Shown: piece after piece, positions 1 through 12,548 of the stretch
Layout: each line of letters begins with the position of its first letter
How positions within the stretch are numbered: position 1 is the first letter of the stretch
NCBI RefSeq assembly: GCF_009834535.1
Contig: NC_045696.1
Location: forward strand, 26,786,001 to 26,850,000
Source of the DNA: Camelus ferus
Lineage: Eukaryota
Length of the DNA stretch: 64,000 bases
Direction: 5' to 3'
Position numbers and translations under genes: made by a program
Notes under the pieces: model-generated
What the model was told of the DNA's origin: nothing
Seen by the model: the letters and a program-made list of their open reading frames with translations, nothing else
Database searches by the model: none

Positions 1-679
1 TCCAGCCATCTCATTTTAAAGATGAGACCACCCAGGGTAAGCTCATTCAAGAGCATTGCTTAACACCATACAATCATTGAACATCATGTACCCAAAAATC
101 ACTCCTGGGAAATCTAATTCCTTTTTACGCATAGTTTTTTTTCATTCTCTCATCATATCTGAAATATAATTTTAAGTTTTGCCATAACAGATTTATGCTA
201 CAGTATATGAACAGGTATGAGCCACAGTTCAGTGATTCTCAACCCTGACTCTATGATACACCACTTGTGTTTCCTCTGGAGTCATGGGATCCTTTGCACC
301 ACTGCAGCCTATGGAGTGAGAATCTCCATTTGGGTGCACACATCTATGAACATATATACCAATTCTATATGTAATTCAAATGAGCAGACGATGTTGAGAC
401 TTCTTTTGCATCGTGTTCTCTGGAGGGATGTTCCTTTATAACAGAAAATCACAGGTGAAAAATATTTCATACATTCAATTCTGAAATCTGTCCTCAGACC
501 CCATGGCTTTTGTGTATATAAAACAAAATGGAATATCAAAGATCATATTTGACAAAAAATAAAAACAGCAAAGCGTATTAGATAAACATGAAAAGATGAG
601 AGCTGTTCTATCATATGGTCCCATTCCATATCATATTTTTCAAAGAGTCTTTATACATTAGTCCTTAACTGACTCAGTT

Positions 680-1570
680 CAGTTCAATACACTAGCCAGG
701 AGCTATGTTTGGCAGTGGGATTTCAAAAATGAAAAAGACCTGCCAGGTTAATGAAGAAGGTTTTCAGGAAGTTGGCAATTTCAGATTTATGTGATGAAGC
801 CATAATACTATTTATAGGCTGCCAGGGGATCACAGAACAAAGGCTCTTATTCCAACTGAGAAGCACTTGAAAGAATTCAGAGAGGAGAAATACCCAAAAT
901 GACTCTTAAAGGATCAATCATAAATGTTATCTGGACAAAGAAATTTGAGCATGTTATTCAGGAGGAGAATGGTACAGTACAGGGTCAGCAAACGAGGGCC
1001 CAGGGACTGTATCTGGCCAACGACCTAGTCTTGTAAATCAAGTTTTATTTGAACATAGTCATGCCCAATTGTTATAGCAGAGTTTAGTTGTCTTAACACG
1101 CTGTATGCCCCACAGAACCAAAGATGTTTAGTATCCGGCTCTTCACAGAAAAAGTTTTCTGACCTCTGGTATAGAGAAGAAGGTAATATCGGAAGAAACA
1201 CTATATATTCAAGGAATTACAAAAGTTCAATATAACAAAATATAAAACGTAAAGCAGAGAAAGAGTTTTGAGCCTGGAATCCTAAATAGGACACATGAAG
1301 ATTGTTTATGTTAGGTTAAGGTGCTTGTGTTTTATTCTTTCTGTCGTGGAGAACAGGCTAGAGTTTGAAGGAGCAGAGTGATGTGGTCAGATTTTAGCAA
1401 GACTGCTCTGGCTGCATTGCGGGGATGTTTTAGAAATGCGAGATAGCAGATGAAAGACCAGTGAAGAAGCGAGACATTGTGAGGACCTGAAGCAGGGCAA
1501 AGGAAAGGGACAAACAGGAGGGGCCCTACAGAAGCTCTTTAGTAGGCGTAATTAGCAAGATTTGCTGAAA
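680..1570 (-). mobile_element. LINE-2 fragment, interrupted by MER58A
   Basis: Purine-rich text typical of antisense L2 (e.g. gagtgatgtggtcagattttagcaagactgctctggctgc); boundaries approximate. Confidence 0.6.
980..1168 (+). mobile_element. MER58A-like hAT-Charlie MITE
   Basis: TIR-like ends cagggtcagcaaac...aagttttctgacctctg; internal gtaaatcaagttttatttgaacatag and cacagaaaaagttt match the recalled MER58A consensus. Confidence 0.85.
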
Positions 1571-1589
1571 CTTATCTATCTTCATTCTG

Positions 1590-2097
1590 AAATGTGTCTG
1601 CAAATTTTTGACACTCCTCCCTTCCGAAGGGGGAACCTAATTACCCTTTCCTTGAATGTAGACCAAACATAGGGACTCCTTTCTAACCAACAGAATGTGA
1701 CAGAAGTGATGGTATATGGCTTCCCAGACCATGTCATAAAGGGCATAGCTCCCACCTGTTCATCTTTGCCCTACAGGAAGCCAGCCACCATACCCTAATA
1801 CTTAAGCAGCCCTACGATAGTTGCATGGGAAGAAGAACTGAGGCCTCCCAGAAACAGCCAGCACCGATTTGCCAGCAACGTGAGTGAGCTACCTGGGAAC
1901 CACTGAAGCCTTCAGTTGACTTCAGGCCTGGCCAACATCGTAACTACAACCTCCTGAAAGATCCTTAACCAGAATCCTTCAGACAGAATGCTTTCATATT
2001 CCTCACTCAAAGAAACTGTGAGAGAAATAAATGTTTATTGCTACTTTCAGCCACTGATTGTGGGGATCATTATTACATAATAATGGATAATTAATAT
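1590..2097 (+). mobile_element. MaLR LTR (MLT1F/G-like)
   Basis: aacagaatgtgacagaagtgatg, ggaagccagccacca, gaaactgtgagagaaataaatgtttattg...gccactg...gataattaata. Confidence 0.8.
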
Positions 2098-3151
2098 ATC
2101 ATCATTGCGTGGAATGAGAAATGCAAGAGGATGAAAAAAAATGGGGGGAAAAGTGCTATGTGCTACATTAACCATGCCAATTTTGAAAGTCCTTAGGAAG
2201 AGCCATGTTGAGTAGAACTTCCATGTTCTCCCCTATTCAGATGCCTGCAAGAGGTCGGAGATTCAACCAGCATTCCTGCAGTAACTATATGTTCTAACAG
2301 ACAATTTCCAAACTCGCTTCAATTCCATTTTCATTTTAGTGAGATATCTTCATTCATAGCAAGCTGTTTGCCCTTACTCTTTGCTGCTATGCCCACTGGT
2401 GTATAACATCTCATGGGTCAGCAAATAACTGTTTTAAAAATGAAACATTTCAAAAAGAAAAGACCTTGCAAAAATAAGACTTCCAGCCTCCTGGCTTATT
2501 ATTCAAACTCGGTGGTAGAGAAACAAGCTCTCAACCAGTAACTACTGTACCTGGAAGCTAGAAACAGTTGCCACTGAGAGTCAGACTATAGACACTAGAC
2601 ACTATCAGTGAGTCATAAGAATGCAAACTCCAGGATTTGATAATATTTTCCTTAGATACTCTAAACGTATTCAAAGGTGACATCCTCAAGCTGGAATCTG
2701 CTTGGATGTGTGCAATAGACAAAGCCAGTGAGGTTGGTGAAGTGTCCAAATGTACACATACTAAAGACAGGAAATGCCCTATGCTGTTGTATTCCTAGGC
2801 TCAGCTTCTAACTTCTAGCATAAATATGTTCCTTGGGCCATACTTGAATGTCAGCAGAATTGCTCTCTGCCACAGCCGAGCGCACTGGAAAAACATACAT
2901 AGTTAAATATTTATGTATCAACAAGGAACATCTACAGAAACTAGACTCACTCTAGTTCATAGGAGATTAAATTTGGAAATCATGAGCAAGAGAAACAGGT
3001 ACAGTATCTCAAATACCATCATGGCCTCAAGAAAATATAAACGTTAAATACTAATTTTGAAAATAGTAAACACTTATAGTCCTTAAAACTTGGACACATG
3101 TAGCTCTTTGTGTTTAAATGTTTAACAAACATTTAAGAAGTCACCACTATT

Positions 3152-3304
3152 CGGGAGGGTATACATAGCTCAGTGGTAGAATGTGTGCTTAGCATGCATA
3201 AGGTCCTGGGTTCAATCTCGAGGACCTCCATCAAAATAAACAAATAAATATACCTAATTACCTCTCCCTCCCCCCAAAATACACTCAATTAATTAAAAAA
3301 AAAA
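3152..3304 (+). mobile_element. tRNA-Ala(AGC)-derived SINE (camelid Vic-1 type)
   Basis: A box tagctcagtgg, anticodon arm gcttagcatgc, B box ggttcaatc, A-rich tail; TSD aagtcaccactatt (3138-3151) / aagtaaccactatt (3305-3318). Confidence 0.9.
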
Positions 3305-5782
3305 AAGTAACCACTATTGATGAAGTTTCAGGGTGGGCACTGAAGGCATGAGGTTGATAACCCCAACGATTTCCCAGGAGTTGTTGGTGATCTCAACAAA
3401 TTAAAACATGTTACCTTTTCCTATTATTTAAGGGGACTAAATATTTCATGTTCACAAAATTAAATACACACACACACATACACACAATTTCAAAGAAAAA
3501 CTGAGTCATTCCTCTCTGTGTCAGACATGATGAGTTCTGTTGTACCCTTATACCCACAGACTGTTCTGCCAAGTTTAGAGCAATAACCATATGCCACCTC
3601 ACATGTTTTAAAACTTTGCTTGCATTCTCTTCCTGCACCAGTATAATTTTTCCTTTTTCAGTCTGATTTTCTCTTCCTCGAAGAAGATCATTCTAAGAAT
3701 ATCATTACTGAATTATTGAAAGATCTTTTCATCTTGTATAAAAGATTAAGCCTATTCTGTGGCTTTCAAGGGTGTGGCTGGTGAGCAGGAGTTCACTTAC
3801 TTAGTAGACCCAAAAGTTAGTGTGTCCTTTAGATACTGAGTACAGAATGGAAATTAATTTCTCACCATAGTGGGCGATAGATGTGGTCAGCAAGGGGAAC
3901 GTGAGCCTGACTTTAATTGGTCGTCGTCAAAAAAAGAACATAGAAATCTTACTATCCAAAATTAGATGATGCTTAGAGCCTATTTTATCCTAAGAACTGC
4001 CATTGAATTAGAACAGGACCATTCCATCTGACTTTAATTTTCCTGGTAAAACAACAGAAAAATATTCCTGAGGTCCTTGTGAAGCTTTGAAGGATGTACC
4101 CCAAGCAGCTAAGTAGGGGGCTCACCAGCTTGTCCAGAAGGGGTGGAATTGACAGCTCCCTAATCTGTTCAGACAGAACTCCTATGAGAGTAAATCATAA
4201 AAAGGACGCAGCATATACTCAAGGGGGCATGTCTCTGTTACAACCCACTCCCTTCTCCTGACATCCAACAATACACACATAGCACTGCATAGAATTTTGA
4301 CTGGATTGTAAAATGGCTTACAGTCCAAATCCACAGATAGCAAATAGCAGAGGCAATCATCCCTAATAGCCTTCAGACATGCCAAATGGGAAGTTCTTTC
4401 ACAGAGACCTACATGAGAATGATTAAAGAAAAAAAATTTGCATTCTGACAGAATTGTTTTTATCATTGTATATCCAATTTCCTCTAAAAGACTCTCTTGA
4501 GGTACTTTTTGAAGACTAGAGGAAAATGAACAAAGGGTTCTTGTGGTTTATTAGAGAAAAACATATTTAAAAGATCTCAAAAGCAAGAGGGAGTTTTCAC
4601 ATTTGAAGTATAATAGGGATTGAAAAACAAAACCTCTGTGATATTCACAGATTGTCCAAGGATTTGTATCTGTTTTAATCCCAGGACAAGGCAAATTTTA
4701 AGATTCACAATCAAGAGTTTCTTGGGTATTATAAATCATAAAGTTTATTATTATTCCTATTTTGTCTTTGCTACCCATATTTGCATCATAACTATGCACC
4801 TTACAAAGATACCTATTTTCAGAAAAACAGACGCTGGTGGAACTGGTTATTTTTAAAAGTACTTCATGTTCTGGAGAGGTGCTATGACTTGCTCTCAATT
4901 CACGTGAAGAAAGAACACGTGTGTGGAAAAGTGTTTGCTCTCTGTTCTGAAATAAGTTGTTAGACGCTACATGTTGTAACTCCTGACAGGGACAAAGCGC
5001 TGAAGGAAACTTGCAAGGACTTAGGTCATAACTCAAATAGGGATCCTTGCGTTATGCTCTGAGACTGTAAGGTTACAGTAGGCTCACATGAGCAATCCTA
5101 TCTGTTGTCACAAATCAATGAATAATGCTTTTGTTAATTGTTTGTTGAGTCTTACTTTTGGTTGCACCCGGAACTTCAGCTTTGGAATGATTCTGAGACA
5201 GAAAACAGCACCACACCCTCCTTAGGTCATAACTACTTTCAAACCAGATCTCTGGAGCATTATTTATATATAAGTAGACATTACTTATTAGCCTCATTAG
5301 CAATGAAGTAATCATATATGTCATCCAAAGTTAAACATGATATGCTTTTGGCTTTTTGTCAGTTTGAGATGAGTTGAGAAATCTTGGCATTTATCTAAAA
5401 TGTTTTGCATGCTATAAGATATTGTATTTTTCTTTGTACTACACTCCCTTATGTCCACAGGCACAATAAATGGACTCTTCTGGAACAGAATATATGAAAA
5501 TAGAAGAGGAGTAGACTAAGGGATTATCAAAGAGGATTGCATAAAATGGGTTAGGTGGATTGATGCCCACCTTAACATTTAATTTTGTTTCAGGAAGTCT
5601 TAAGTGGGTACGAACTGGTCAGCATATTTAAGTCTAGAAGAGGAAAGCCTACTATGACATGACCAGATAAGCAAAATGGTAAGAGCTGGTTATCAAAAGA
5701 GGTAAAGACAAAGAAGTAGCAAGACTGGATGGAAGATGTATCTCTAGCAACACTGTACTGGGAAGAGTTGCCTTGCTCCAAT

Positions 5783-6035
5783 TATTCAATGATATTTGTC
5801 AAATACCAGCCATTTGCAAAGCACTGTACTAGGTACTAATGCCTTAAACTTCAGGTTATAAGGAGGGGGAAAGAAAGCCATTATTAAACACTTGTTTATA
5901 CCCATCATTTAACTTGACAGCAACCATACAAGGTGAATACTGACATTCTCTTTCGCCATAGGTTCAGAGAAATTAGATAGTTTGCTGTAGATCAGACCCC
6001 TACATAAAACAATCCATTTGGGACTTGTGATTTGA
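5783..6035 (-). mobile_element. L2 3' end plus MIR fragment
   Basis: tattcaatgatatttg...gcactgtactaggtact (L2 tail, antisense); catttaacttgacagcaaccatacaaggtg...ggttcagaga (MIR core, antisense). Confidence 0.55.
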
Positions 6036-6762
6036 ATAAGTTCTCCAAATATCCACACAATTTATCAACGAAGCAAATGCACAAATATTATATAAAAGAA
6101 CCAACCTTTGTATCCAAAATTTAATAGCACCTTGTTTTTTTCAGCCACAGATGGATTTGTGCATCGAATGATGCAAAGATAAAAATATTATGTAATATTG
6201 AGTATGTTCACTGTTTTGTATTTCCATTTTTATGGTAAATGTGAAATTCATGGTAGGAACAACAGATCATATATGCAAATTCATAAATGTGTTCATTGAT
6301 TCCACAAAGGAATTCACTATCTAACTTAAGCCCCATTGTGTTTGAAGCTTTATCCACCCACTACTAGGATGTTCGGAAAATTTCAGAGATAGCTAAGTTA
6401 TCTTGGCCATAGAATGAACTTTCTCAAGACTTTCCCTGGGATTGATGTTAAACCGTTCAGCTTTGAGTAAGGAAGTAAGAAGATTTATGCAAATAGTACT
6501 GAGTCAGGTAGAAGAGGGACATCTGCCTCTAAATCATGAAATCGTTCTGTTCCATGGGTCTAAAGCTGGCCTGTGCTCTGGATGTAACTTGTCTCATTTA
6601 ACATTTGGTCACATGCCAATCCCTGTTGGCAACTGGCTGAGGGTGAACCAGTTCCTGGTAGGGACTGTCACAACTCGGACTGCCTTCCCATGTCATTCTG
6701 GACAATGGGAAACTCAGGGGGATTGCCTTTGGCCATCTTGTGTCTAGATATGCCACAACACC

Positions 6763-7060
6763 TGCCTTCATTTGTTCAGGCTGCTGTAAGAAAATACCAT
6801 AAACTGGATGTCTTCTAAACAGAAATTTGTTTCTCACAGTTCTGTAGGCTGGAAGTCCAACATCAGGGTGACTGCATGGTGAGAGCCCTCTTCCAGTTGC
6901 AAACCACTGACTTGTCATTAAGCCCTCACATGGTAGAAAGAACTAGGGAGCTTGGCCTGTCACTCAACTCCCAAAGACCCCACGTCCTCAATATCATCAT
7001 CTTGAGGGTGAGATTTTAACATATAAATTTGGAGGAGATACAGACACTCAGACCATAGCA
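6763..7060 (-). mobile_element. MaLR solo LTR (MLT1A/MLT1A0-like)
   Basis: TG...CA ends; perfect 5-bp TSD acacc (6758-6762 / 7061-7065); ctcacagttctgtaggctggaagtccaa and cagaccatagca. Confidence 0.9.
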
Positions 7061-9139
7061 ACACCCATCCTGTTCTGTAGCTAAAACACCAGGACAACAT
7101 GTGGGACTTTGCTCAGAAGCTTGATATCTACTTCGTCTCCATCTAGGAAATGGGACATAGATTCTCCTAAGTTTCTGGTCCCCCAATTTAAGGAAGATAC
7201 TATGTACCTTTATATTCCCCTTCAGACTTAACCTGTGGGTAAAGGTGGCTGTAGGGGAGGGGAGGTAGGATGTCTTCTTCTCTGTATAGAATATTCTGCT
7301 TCTCCCCTTCCCCAAACAGAAGCTATTTTGTATCCTATGGGGAAGGAGGGAGACATACTGGCCATCGCTGACCCAGGTCCTTTGAGCTTAAAGGGTAGAA
7401 TCTGCCACCTCTGATCTCTTGTCTATTCTGACAACTCCATCCCTAGGCTCACAGCAATGGTGCCTCTAAAAACAAAATCAAAGAGGCAAAAGTCATAGGG
7501 TCAAAGGGATTGTTTGAGAGAAAAATAAATACCTGGAATCAAATTATACTTCTACCATAGTTTGTCTCTAGAAACTAAATGATTATACTCAATCAGTAAG
7601 GCAGATATTAATGAATTTTAAACACAATTTTAAACTGGGGTTACTTTATCCAGGCACCTGGATAGAAAAAGAAATATTCGGTCAGTCACCCAGATGTTTC
7701 CAGATATTTAGTACTGTATATACAATAAAAATGCCTGCATCTGTTTCCATTCTGGGGGCTATTTGAGGGACTGTGTATACCAATTATACAGAATAGGTTA
7801 TTTTAAATTTTGAAACCAGTGTAGAAATTAACAGTATTCTTAAAGAAATCAGTAGGAAAAAATAACAACTGTGAGAAATTTTTAAAAAATAGAGAGAGAA
7901 ACTTATTTTTCTCTTCTGCAATTCATTCTACCTGAGGGAATGGCTAGCTGCATTTTTAACTTGGCTGTGATATTTGATTTAATATGTTAATTTTATAAAG
8001 ACAAATTAGATGCTGGAGCTTCTCCTATGAATTGAAACTACTTCTGCATGTTTAAGTTCTTGTGATTATTTTAGGTGTAAGAATCAGAAAATGTCCAAAA
8101 ATACACAAATTTTCTATTCACTTGTTTCATTTTTATTAAATTGGATTCTCCAAAAATGCCTGATACTACATCAGCCTCAAATAGGTCACATATCAGAGAA
8201 AGTCAATAATGCCTTGATGATCTAATCGTTTACATCCTAAAATTTCTGCAAACTTCTTGTGTAGTAAATATTTTGACAAACACACATATTTTTGGTTTTA
8301 TGAAAACTGCAATCTTCTTAGGGGGCAGAGTATTTTTCAAGGCAAAAAGTGGTTTATGTCATAATCAATTACTCAGCTACAGCTTTAAAATGGTTATTTA
8401 TAAATTGCTTAACAGGGTTGCCTTGTTTAATGGTTATTTTCATTATTTATTAGGTTAATGTTGTAAACACAGTATTGATCCAAAGGGCAATGCTTTTCAT
8501 AAAATATGTCTACCCATAAAATGGAGCAATAAAAGTTGAAATATAAAAACTCCTAGATTTCATAATCCCTTTAGAAACATGTGTAAACTTGGGTATTTCT
8601 GAGTTATAGACATGAAGGACAACTTAAATATTAGAGGCACATATTGTCAAATAGTCATCATTAGGGGCAATTATCCTATTGAACATGTTTTAATTCTGCA
8701 CTTCAGCAAAATACTTTCGTTTAGAACATTCTGTTTAATTAAATATTTTTATTTATGCAAAGGATATATTGAATTACAACATTTGAAATTACTTTGCCCC
8801 ACACTCTTAACTGTGTGAATGCTGAGACTCAGAGACTGAAAATCTTGCCTAAAGCATCATAATGTGTAATTAATTTAAGATTTTCCCCCTCTATACACAT
8901 CCTGTTATTCCTAACCACACACAATTTGATGAAATTTTTAACTTTTTTTAAATTTTAATGGTAAGTTATTACAATATTTCTCTTCCTTCAAGTAGTTTCA
9001 TTCTAACATAATTTGTTTACAAATCACTGTAAAAGTATTATAATAAATACATATGCATTTATCTGGTCTCTGAGGGATTCCAAATCCTTATAAAATTTGA
9101 ATCATATTGAAAATGTCTCTTGCATAGACTTTGTTCTTT

Positions 9140-9752
9140 CTTTTCCCACTGTTAACTTAGTGCCAATCCTCTTAATTTCATGTCTACATACTGCAGTGGT
9201 CACCTAACTGGTCTCTCTCTCCAATCAATACTGCACACTACTGCTAGAGTTATGGCCATTTCCCTGCTGTAAAACATTCACTTCTTAGTGCTTGGAATAA
9301 ATGACCAATTACTTAGCCTACATATAAAGTTCCCCATCAGAGGACCGCAACCTGTATTTCAACCTCCTCCCTCTACCTCCCCGCTCACATGCAGCTATCT
9401 ATTTGCAATTCCTCATGTTTGCCTGGTATGTTCCTCCAATTCTATCAGTCTTGCATCAAGATTTCTCTTTCATCTCAAATGATCTAACAGGTTCAGAATT
9501 CAGACTTCTTCTCACCTTCCTACAAACCAGTCACAGATATCACTGTTCAGCATTCGTCTTCTCTCCTGTACTGTCACAAGGTTCTTTAAACGTCAGTCAT
9601 CGCACACATGACAAGTCTTCTACTAAGTCTGTTCATGTACAGCTGTCTCCTTTCCTAGAATAATGACACGCAGAGGCAAGAGAAAAATTCTACTTTGTTT
9701 CTGTTAGTCTATAGTGTCTTCAACAATAAGCATATGTCAATTAAATTGGTTT
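9140..9752 (+). mobile_element. LINE-2 3' portion
   Basis: cctaactggtctc...tgcacactactgctagagttat; L2-type 3' tail split by the following LTR. Confidence 0.65.
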
Positions 9753-10316
9753 TGTCAGGCAGTTAGATAGGAATGGGCACCAGGCAAGGGGAGTGGACGG
9801 GGGTGGGGTAACAATCAAGAAGACAGTGGTACACCTGTGCTCAAAATAAGCGGCTTCAAAGAATTTTACTTTCTTTAAATGACTACCAACAACAACAAAA
9901 ATGGCTAGAACGAGACACTGCGAATGTGCAGTAGAGAGAAGGACCCAATCTAACAAAACTCAGTGCTCGTTATAATGTAATGAGCACTGAGGTTTAGCAC
10001 CCCCATCACGATGGGGTTTTCATCATAGGTAAGAACATGTGCAAAGGAGACGGGCATAACAAAGCACTCAAGGGGTGTGAGCCATCAAATAATCACGAAA
10101 ACGCCCCTAAGCCAGAATATAAGACAGAAAAAACAAAGGAGGGTGGGACCATTATGCTTTCTTAGGTCAGCCTGCCTTCAGTTCTTGAAGATCAACTTTG
10201 CTAACTTTTGCTTTACTAATAAAACCCTTTGTTTACCCAATGCTCTCATCTCCTGTCTAAATTCTTATCTTTTGGGTAAGACAAAAACCAATACTTCTCC
10301 CCTCCTTGGGGTAACA
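9753..10316 (+). mobile_element. ERV1-class solo LTR (564 bp)
   Basis: TG...CA ends; 4-bp TSD gttt on both sides; TATA-like aatataag near 10116; aataaa at 10218. Confidence 0.88.
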
Positions 10317-11699
10317 GTTTGACTGAAAACTTGGGTGACTTTTAAATAAGTTACATTATGTATATTTTTGCCTCCTTAAAATGCTACAATGTATAATTAA
10401 TTTTTTTAGATGATTCAGGGAAAAATTCACTGACATCATTGTATTCACTGTACATTGTATAAATGTAATGGGAACCACTAAGGCATGTCAAGTTCTGTGT
10501 CTCTAGAGTAACTGGCTACAATCTGCAGAAATTTGATTCAGAAAGTTCTGTATCCTCTGACTCTTTCCGCCAGCAGCCTTATTTTAATCAATTGCTTGCA
10601 GGTAAGCCTGAAGGTGTCTCTCTCTCCTACAGAATAAACATCAAGGTCTTTGTAGCAGCAGTTTGTTTATGAGAATTACTGCCCTTTCTGGCTGATGGAT
10701 GTTCCTGAAATGCTGTATATATTGGCGCCAGAGAATTAAATGTTTTCTCCATGAGAAATAAAAAACAACTTGTTAAAGTACAGGCAAGAAAAGTTGAAAG
10801 TTGGCTTTTGATAGTCCCATTTCTCACTGGGATGGATGCTCTTATTTTCAGAGTGCAGTGGAGACTGGACCAAGGGCTAGTGTTCCCAGGAGTGAGAGAT
10901 AATTATATCGCAGCACAACCCATTCCCTCACGCCCCTTTATGTGCACAGAAATCGAGTGGAACTTCTTTCTGGTGGTCGACACCCTCAGCCCAGTAGCCT
11001 CACTGTTACTGAAACAGATATTATTTCACTGCTGTTCGTTGGTTGAAAGGTTATGGGGCATTAGGTCACCGGAGCCCTCAAGGGAGGTAAAACAGAGCCA
11101 GGGTGAAAACGCAATGCCAGCTGAGGGAATGGTGATTTGATTTCCTATGGGAATTTCCAACTTCGTTCCATGCCTCTGCATCCTGCCCTCCCCAAAGTTA
11201 TAACTTCTGGATTCAATAATAGCCACTGTTCATTTCTTTTTGGCTTTCCCTGTACTGTTCCAAGAAGCTCGGTGTTTCCAAGCGGATGTCTCTTTCTCCT
11301 AAGAAAGTTACGAGATGTACTGATTTCATCTGAGCTGAGTAGGGCAACAGTATTTTTGCTTTAGGCTTTTGGGTTTTCCTACACAATTTGTATTTAAGAC
11401 CTCTTTTCAGAATTTTCCTCATGAACAAAACTTATTCCGGGATTTTTTGGGAGCCTGTGAAGCATATGCACAGAGGGAAAGAGGGGAGCCCGTTTTTTCT
11501 CCTCCTACATTTCCTGCTGGCGCTCAGCTCGGGCTTGGCTGCCAGAAGGAAATGTTTTTCAGAGCAGTTTGTATATGGTCACTGCTTTGAGGTCAGCTAC
11601 TGCCTCTCTGCTGCTTTGAAGAAATGCTTTCTGTGTAAATGATTACAAGCCCAGAATTCTAGAATTTTGTTCTGGTTCTGCTTTTATTGGCAGCACATA

Positions 11700-11900
11700 G
11701 AGAACTTAAATAAGTCACTAATAGTCAAGTTTCAGTTTCCTTCTTTGTCAAGTGGAGATGATCTCTGGCCCCAGGACATTAATGTAAAAATCAACTGAGA
11801 CTGGGAAAGAAAAACATGGAAATCTCTAACACCCCAAATATAATAATGAGATAATTTATGTGACCGTACTTTGTAAACTCTAAAGGGACATATAAGAGTA
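11700..11900 (+). mobile_element. MIR fragments
   Basis: aagtcact...tcagtttccttctttgtcaagtggagatgat; aatgagataat...actttgtaaactctaaag. Confidence 0.6.
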
Positions 11901-12548
11901 ATTGTGCTTTTTGATGAAAACTGCTCCCTGAGAGTCCCAAGGACACAGGCTAACCATCAAGGCCAGAAAGAGCAATGCTGCACGTTTAACTGCTACCTCT
12001 CCGTCCTTGCTCTGCTACACTCCCGTCCTGCCTGCCCTTCCAGAAGGCTTCCTCCTTGTCATGGCTCAGCCAGTTTTGTGTCTGCAGCCATAAAAATCAA
12101 GCCTCTGATACCTTACACGCCAATACTTCGATTCAGGAAATGCAGGACCATTCCTGGAAGCGCATGCTAAATATTTTTACTGCCCTCATTCTCTGGGACT
12201 CAGAAGCCCTCATGTCATTTGGAGGGATGTGTTTCAGAAAGAAAGTGGTTACTGAAAGCTCACATGGCACATAGGTAAGTGAGGGGAAGAAAAACATCAC
12301 CTTCCTATAGCTCCCTGGTTGGAGTACCCATTCTTTTTTTTTTTTTTTCCTTTTTTCTTTTGGAAAATTACATTGTGAAAAAATCTGTGAAGGCTTGATG
12401 TTCATCTTGCCCTTTCTGTCTAAAAAAGCTTCGTGGGTATGGGGAGCCTGATACTGTCCTGGCAAATTTTCACCTGAAGTGATATGGCTGACTCCCTGCC
12501 ATGGAGCAGTGCTAAGGCAATGCCAACAGATCAAACAAATAAAAACTT

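Noticed and set aside
234..330. hAT-like fragment starting cagtgattctcaaccctg
   Set aside because: The second terminus is too degenerate to assign a family.
2656..2798. Possible exon DTLNVFKGDILKL..., vaguely SH3-like
   Set aside because: Similarity is limited to a few residues, the donor is weak and no partner exons are evident.
3152..3230. Functional tRNA-Ala gene
   Set aside because: Insertion near the 5' end, broken T and acceptor stems, A-rich tail and TSD show it is a SINE.
10751..11140. 129-aa ATG-initiated ORF
   Set aside because: No recognisable domain or codon pattern; the length is compatible with chance in 64 kb across six frames.
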